Source: Caldilineae bacterium
GTDB taxonomy: Bacteria; Chloroflexota; Anaerolineae; JAAEKA01
Direction: 5' to 3'
DNA: 64,000 bases
Assembly (NCBI GenBank): GCA_020634555.1
Contig: JACKBK010000017.1
Coordinates: 573-64,572 of the forward strand
Position numbers and translations under genes: made by a program. Shown piece by piece: positions 61,616 through 64,000 of the stretch. The number at the start of each line of letters is the position of its first letter. Within the stretch, counting starts at the first letter, position 1. Below the pieces are notes generated by a model. The model saw nothing but the letters and a program-made list of their open reading frames with translations. It was not told where the DNA came from and ran no database searches.

Positions 61616-62650
61616 CTATTCGTAGAGCAGTGGTTTGATCTCGTCAGAGTCGATGTTGGTGGCGTCGTACCAGAAGAATCCGGTGTCGATCACCTTGTCC
61701 AGCGTCTCGCCGTTGATGGCCTTGACGGCAGCTTCAACACACTTGTAGCCGATTCCAACCGGGTTCTGTGTGATCGCGCCAGCCTCGACGCCGCCCTTGA
61801 TCGCGTCGATCTGCTGCTTGCCGGAGTCGTAGCCGATGACCACGATCTCGCCTTCCTTGCCCAGCTCGTTCACCGCGTTGAGAACGCCGATGATGGAGCC
61901 TTCGTTGGCGCCGAAGTAGCCTTTCAGGTCAGGGTTGGCCTGAATGACAGCCTTGGCCAGGTCGGTGGACTTGAGCTGGTCGCCGCCGCCGTAGTCCAGG
62001 TTCACGATCTCGATATCGGGGTACTTGGCTTCGATCTCATTCACGAAGCCGTCACGGCGGTCGATGCCGGTGCGGCTGGTCTGGTCATGGACCAACACCG
62101 CCACCTTGCCGGATTCACCGATCAGCTCGGCCATCTTGTCGGCAGCCAGGGCAGCCGCTGCGATGTTATCCGTCGCGGCGGTGGCCAACGGGATATCGCT
62201 GTCAACACCGGAGTCGAAGCCGATGACCGGAATACCCTTGGTCTGGGCTTCTTCCAGCAACGGGATCATGGCCTGGCTGTCAACGGCAGCGAAGCAGATC
62301 GCGGCGGGGTTCTTGGCGATGGCGGCCTGAAGCATTTCGTACTGCTTATCGACCATGGCCTCCGATTCCGGGCCTTCGAAGGTGATATCGACATTGAAGT
62401 CAGCAGCGGCCTGCTCGGAGCCAGACTTGACCGCCTGCCAGAACTGGTGCTGGAAGCCTTTGGAGATGACCGGGATGTAAGGCTTGGCAGCCTCGTCGCC
62501 ACTAGCAGCCTCATCGCCGCTGGCTGCCGGTGCAGTGGTAGCGCTGGACGAGGAGGTGTCAGTGGTGGCTGCCGGTGCGGCGCAGCCGGCAACCATGGCA
62601 AACACAACCAATGCAGCCATCAGCACGAACAGAAGTTTGTGGATCTTCAT
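61616..62650 (-). CDS. Sugar ABC transporter substrate-binding lipoprotein (RbsB-like)
   Basis: Lipobox MVAGC, Ser/Thr/Ala linker, then the periplasmic-binding fold IPVISKGFQHQFWQAV...GIPVIGFDSGV. RBS GGAGGA. Confidence 0.8.
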   Translation of the reverse strand: MKIHKLLFVLMAALVVFAMVAGCAAPAATTDTSSSSATTAPAASGDEAASGDEAAKPYIPVISKGFQHQFWQAVKSGSEQAAADFNVDITFEGPESEAMVDKQYEMLQAAIAKNPAAICFAAVDSQAMIPLLEEAQTKGIPVIGFDSGVDSDIPLATAATDNIAAAALAADKMAELIGESGKVAVLVHDQTSRTGIDRRDGFVNEIEAKYPDIEIVNLDYGGGDQLKSTDLAKAVIQANPDLKGYFGANEGSIIGVLNAVNELGKEGEIVVIGYDSGKQQIDAIKGGVEAGAITQNPVGIGYKCVEAAVKAINGETLDKVIDTGFFWYDATNIDSDEIKPLLYE

Positions 62651-62810
62651 TGAATCCTCCGATTCTGAGAAGTGGAAATTGATGCTCCCCGAGGGAGCTA
62701 CGACACAAGGCGGTAGAGTTGGCACATGGTGAGCGGTGTTTCGCAAGCGCAGGAGATGGGCAAGGCGCCAGGCGCCTGATGAGTGATTGCGAGGACGAAT
62801 TGCGCTTGTT

Positions 62811-62871
62811 TTATCGATACCATGTTATCGATTGTCCGGCATAAGATACACCAGTTTGCACTGCTTGTCAA
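62811..62871 (-). promoter_or_regulatory. Promoter of the sugar ABC operon with two TTATCGAT operator-like boxes just downstream
   Basis: Minus strand has TTGACA, 17 bp, TATCTT (62871..62843). The boxes ttatcgata (62811-62819) and ttatcgatt (62825-62833) are 14 bp apart. Confidence 0.5.
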
Positions 62872-63052
62872 GACGTGGCGCACGGCTTCAGAACCACTTC
62901 GCGTGCGCCTCTTTGTCTCACCCGCCTGACCTGCCGGCCGGTTGGTGAGGCGAATGTCGTTGCAGGTCTGGCGGAATCGCCAGAGAGGTGTTTTGATGGT
63001 AAACTGCGCCGCGGTTACCTGCTGTGCAACACCGTTTGGAGTGACTATTTGC

Positions 63053-63643
63053 ATGATACGAGTTCATCCCTCGGCTGATGTTTCTCCCTTGGCCACCATC
63101 GGCGAGGGCACACAGATCTGGCACCAGGCCCAGGTTCGGGAACGAGCCCGGATCGGCCGGGACTGCATCCTGGGAAAAGATGTCTATGTGGACAGCGACG
63201 TCGTTGTCGGCGACCGTTGCAAGCTACAGAACGGCGCGCTGCTCTACCACGGCGTCGAGCTGGCCAGCGGCGTGTTCGTCGGCCCGGGCGCAATCCTGAC
63301 CAACGACCTGCTGCCGCGGGCGATCACACCGGACGGCGCGCTCAAGAGCGACGCCGATTGGCAGGTCGGGCACATCACGGTCGGCTACGGCGCATCGCTG
63401 GGTGCCGGCTGCGTGGTCCTGCCGGATGTCACCATCGGGCGTTTAGCCATGGTCGGCGCGGGCGCAGTTGTAACGCGCAGCGTTCCCGACCACGGCCTGG
63501 TGCGCGGCAACCCGGCCCGGCTGGCCGGCTACGTCTGCGCCTGTGGCCAGCACCTGATCGAGAACAGCCAGCATCGCGGCAGCTTTCGCTGTTCTACCTG
63601 CGGCCGCGAGTATCAGATTACACAGGAAGGAGACCGGGCGTGA
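63053..63643 (+). CDS. Left-handed beta-helix (hexapeptide) sugar N-acetyltransferase (WbpD/WxcM-like)
   Basis: IHPSADVSPLATIGEGTQIWHQAQVRERARIGRDCILGKDVYVDSDVVVGDRCKLQNGALLY hexapeptide repeats. Confidence 0.75.
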   Translation: MIRVHPSADVSPLATIGEGTQIWHQAQVRERARIGRDCILGKDVYVDSDVVVGDRCKLQNGALLYHGVELASGVFVGPGAILTNDLLPRAITPDGALKSDADWQVGHITVGYGASLGAGCVVLPDVTIGRLAMVGAGAVVTRSVPDHGLVRGNPARLAGYVCACGQHLIENSQHRGSFRCSTCGREYQITQEGDRA

Positions 63644-64000
63644 CGCAACCAGTCCGAATCGGCGTAATCGGCGTCGGCAACATGGGCCAACACCACGCGC
63701 GTATCTACGCTTCCAGCCCCGGCAGCATCCTGATTGGCGTTGCCGACACCAACCAGACGCGGGCCGAGGAGATCGCCGGCCGCTACAATGTGGCCGCGTT
63801 CACCAACTACCTCGACCTGCTGGATCAGGTCGAGGCAGTCAGCATCGCCGCACCTACCACCCTCCACCACCGCATTGGACTGGACTGCCTGTCCCAGGGC
63901 ATCCACCTGTTGATGGAAAAGCCGCTGGCCGCGTCTGCCGCCGAGGCCACCGAACTGGCCGCCGCGGCTGAGAAATCGGGGATGGTCTTGCAGGTCGGCC
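63640..64000 (+). CDS. Gfo/Idh/MocA-family NAD-dependent sugar oxidoreductase (WbpB-like), 3' end outside the window
   Basis: My own translation from the GTG at 63640 gives VTQPVRIGVIGVGNMGQHHARIY...VEAVSIAAPTTLHHRIGLDCLSQGIHLLMEKPLA. A GTGA overlap joins it to the previous gene. Confidence 0.7.
   Translation, partial: MTQPVRIGVIGVGNMGQHHARIYASSPGSILIGVADTNQTRAEEIAGRYNVAAFTNYLDLLDQVEAVSIAAPTTLHHRIGLDCLSQGIHLLMEKPLAASAAEATELAAAAEKSGMVLQVG

Overview
High-GC bacterial chromosomal segment. Thr/Pro-rich linkers, a DUF3048 gene and short-leader promoters hint at a Chloroflexota-like organism, but that is inference only. I support about 45 protein genes and one tRNA-Leu(CAA). I found no rRNA, CRISPR array, cas genes, transposase, integrase or phage genes. 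Layout: (1) 1-3.4 kb holds housekeeping genes: MFS transporter, Tat-exported dienelactone hydrolase, NUDIX hydrolase and Fe/Mn superoxide dismutase. (2) 3.4-14.2 kb is a minus-strand peptide-processing and uptake cluster: a giant dual-M28 protein, a TolB-like propeller, an OppC permease fused to a degenerate M28 domain, and OppB. It is interrupted by a ~110-bp x 7 tandem array of REP-type hairpins and contains three of the four apparent 1-nt frameshifts seen in the first 10 kb. (3) 14.4-25.6 kb holds a GT39-like glycosyltransferase, a C39-like/TPR protein, membrane proteins, a GNAT, an acidic repeat protein and a 13-blade propeller protein. (4) 25.9-46.3 kb is the most interesting part. Three tandem paralogous cassettes each pair an AfsR-like SARP/NB-ARC/TPR (STAND) regulator with a divergent operon for secreted proteins. 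One protein in each operon ends in the same conserved ~150-aa C-terminal module (beta-domain, PTAVT motif, TM helix, basic tail), which looks like a sorting or anchoring signal. Two cassettes start with a homologous ~75-aa protein joined to the next gene by an ATGA overlap. Two intergenic regions carry 11-bp-spaced direct repeats exactly 8 nt upstream of a -10 hexamer, the classical SARP-dependent promoter geometry. (5) 46.3-64 kb holds a YtxH-like gene, mutM, an ECF sigma/anti-sigma pair, tRNA-Leu, an SH3 lipoprotein and a 4x cNMP-binding transmembrane protein that share a C-terminal domain, DUF3048, a site-2 protease, a GAF-histidine kinase with NarL-type regulator, a ribose-type ABC operon and two UDP-sugar modification genes. 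Dispersed non-coding families also occur: REP-like hairpins, a MITE-like palindromic element (one copy with a target-site duplication), GAAACGT heptamer arrays and two polypurine/polypyrimidine inverted tracts. All family names come from motifs read by eye. No database search was run.
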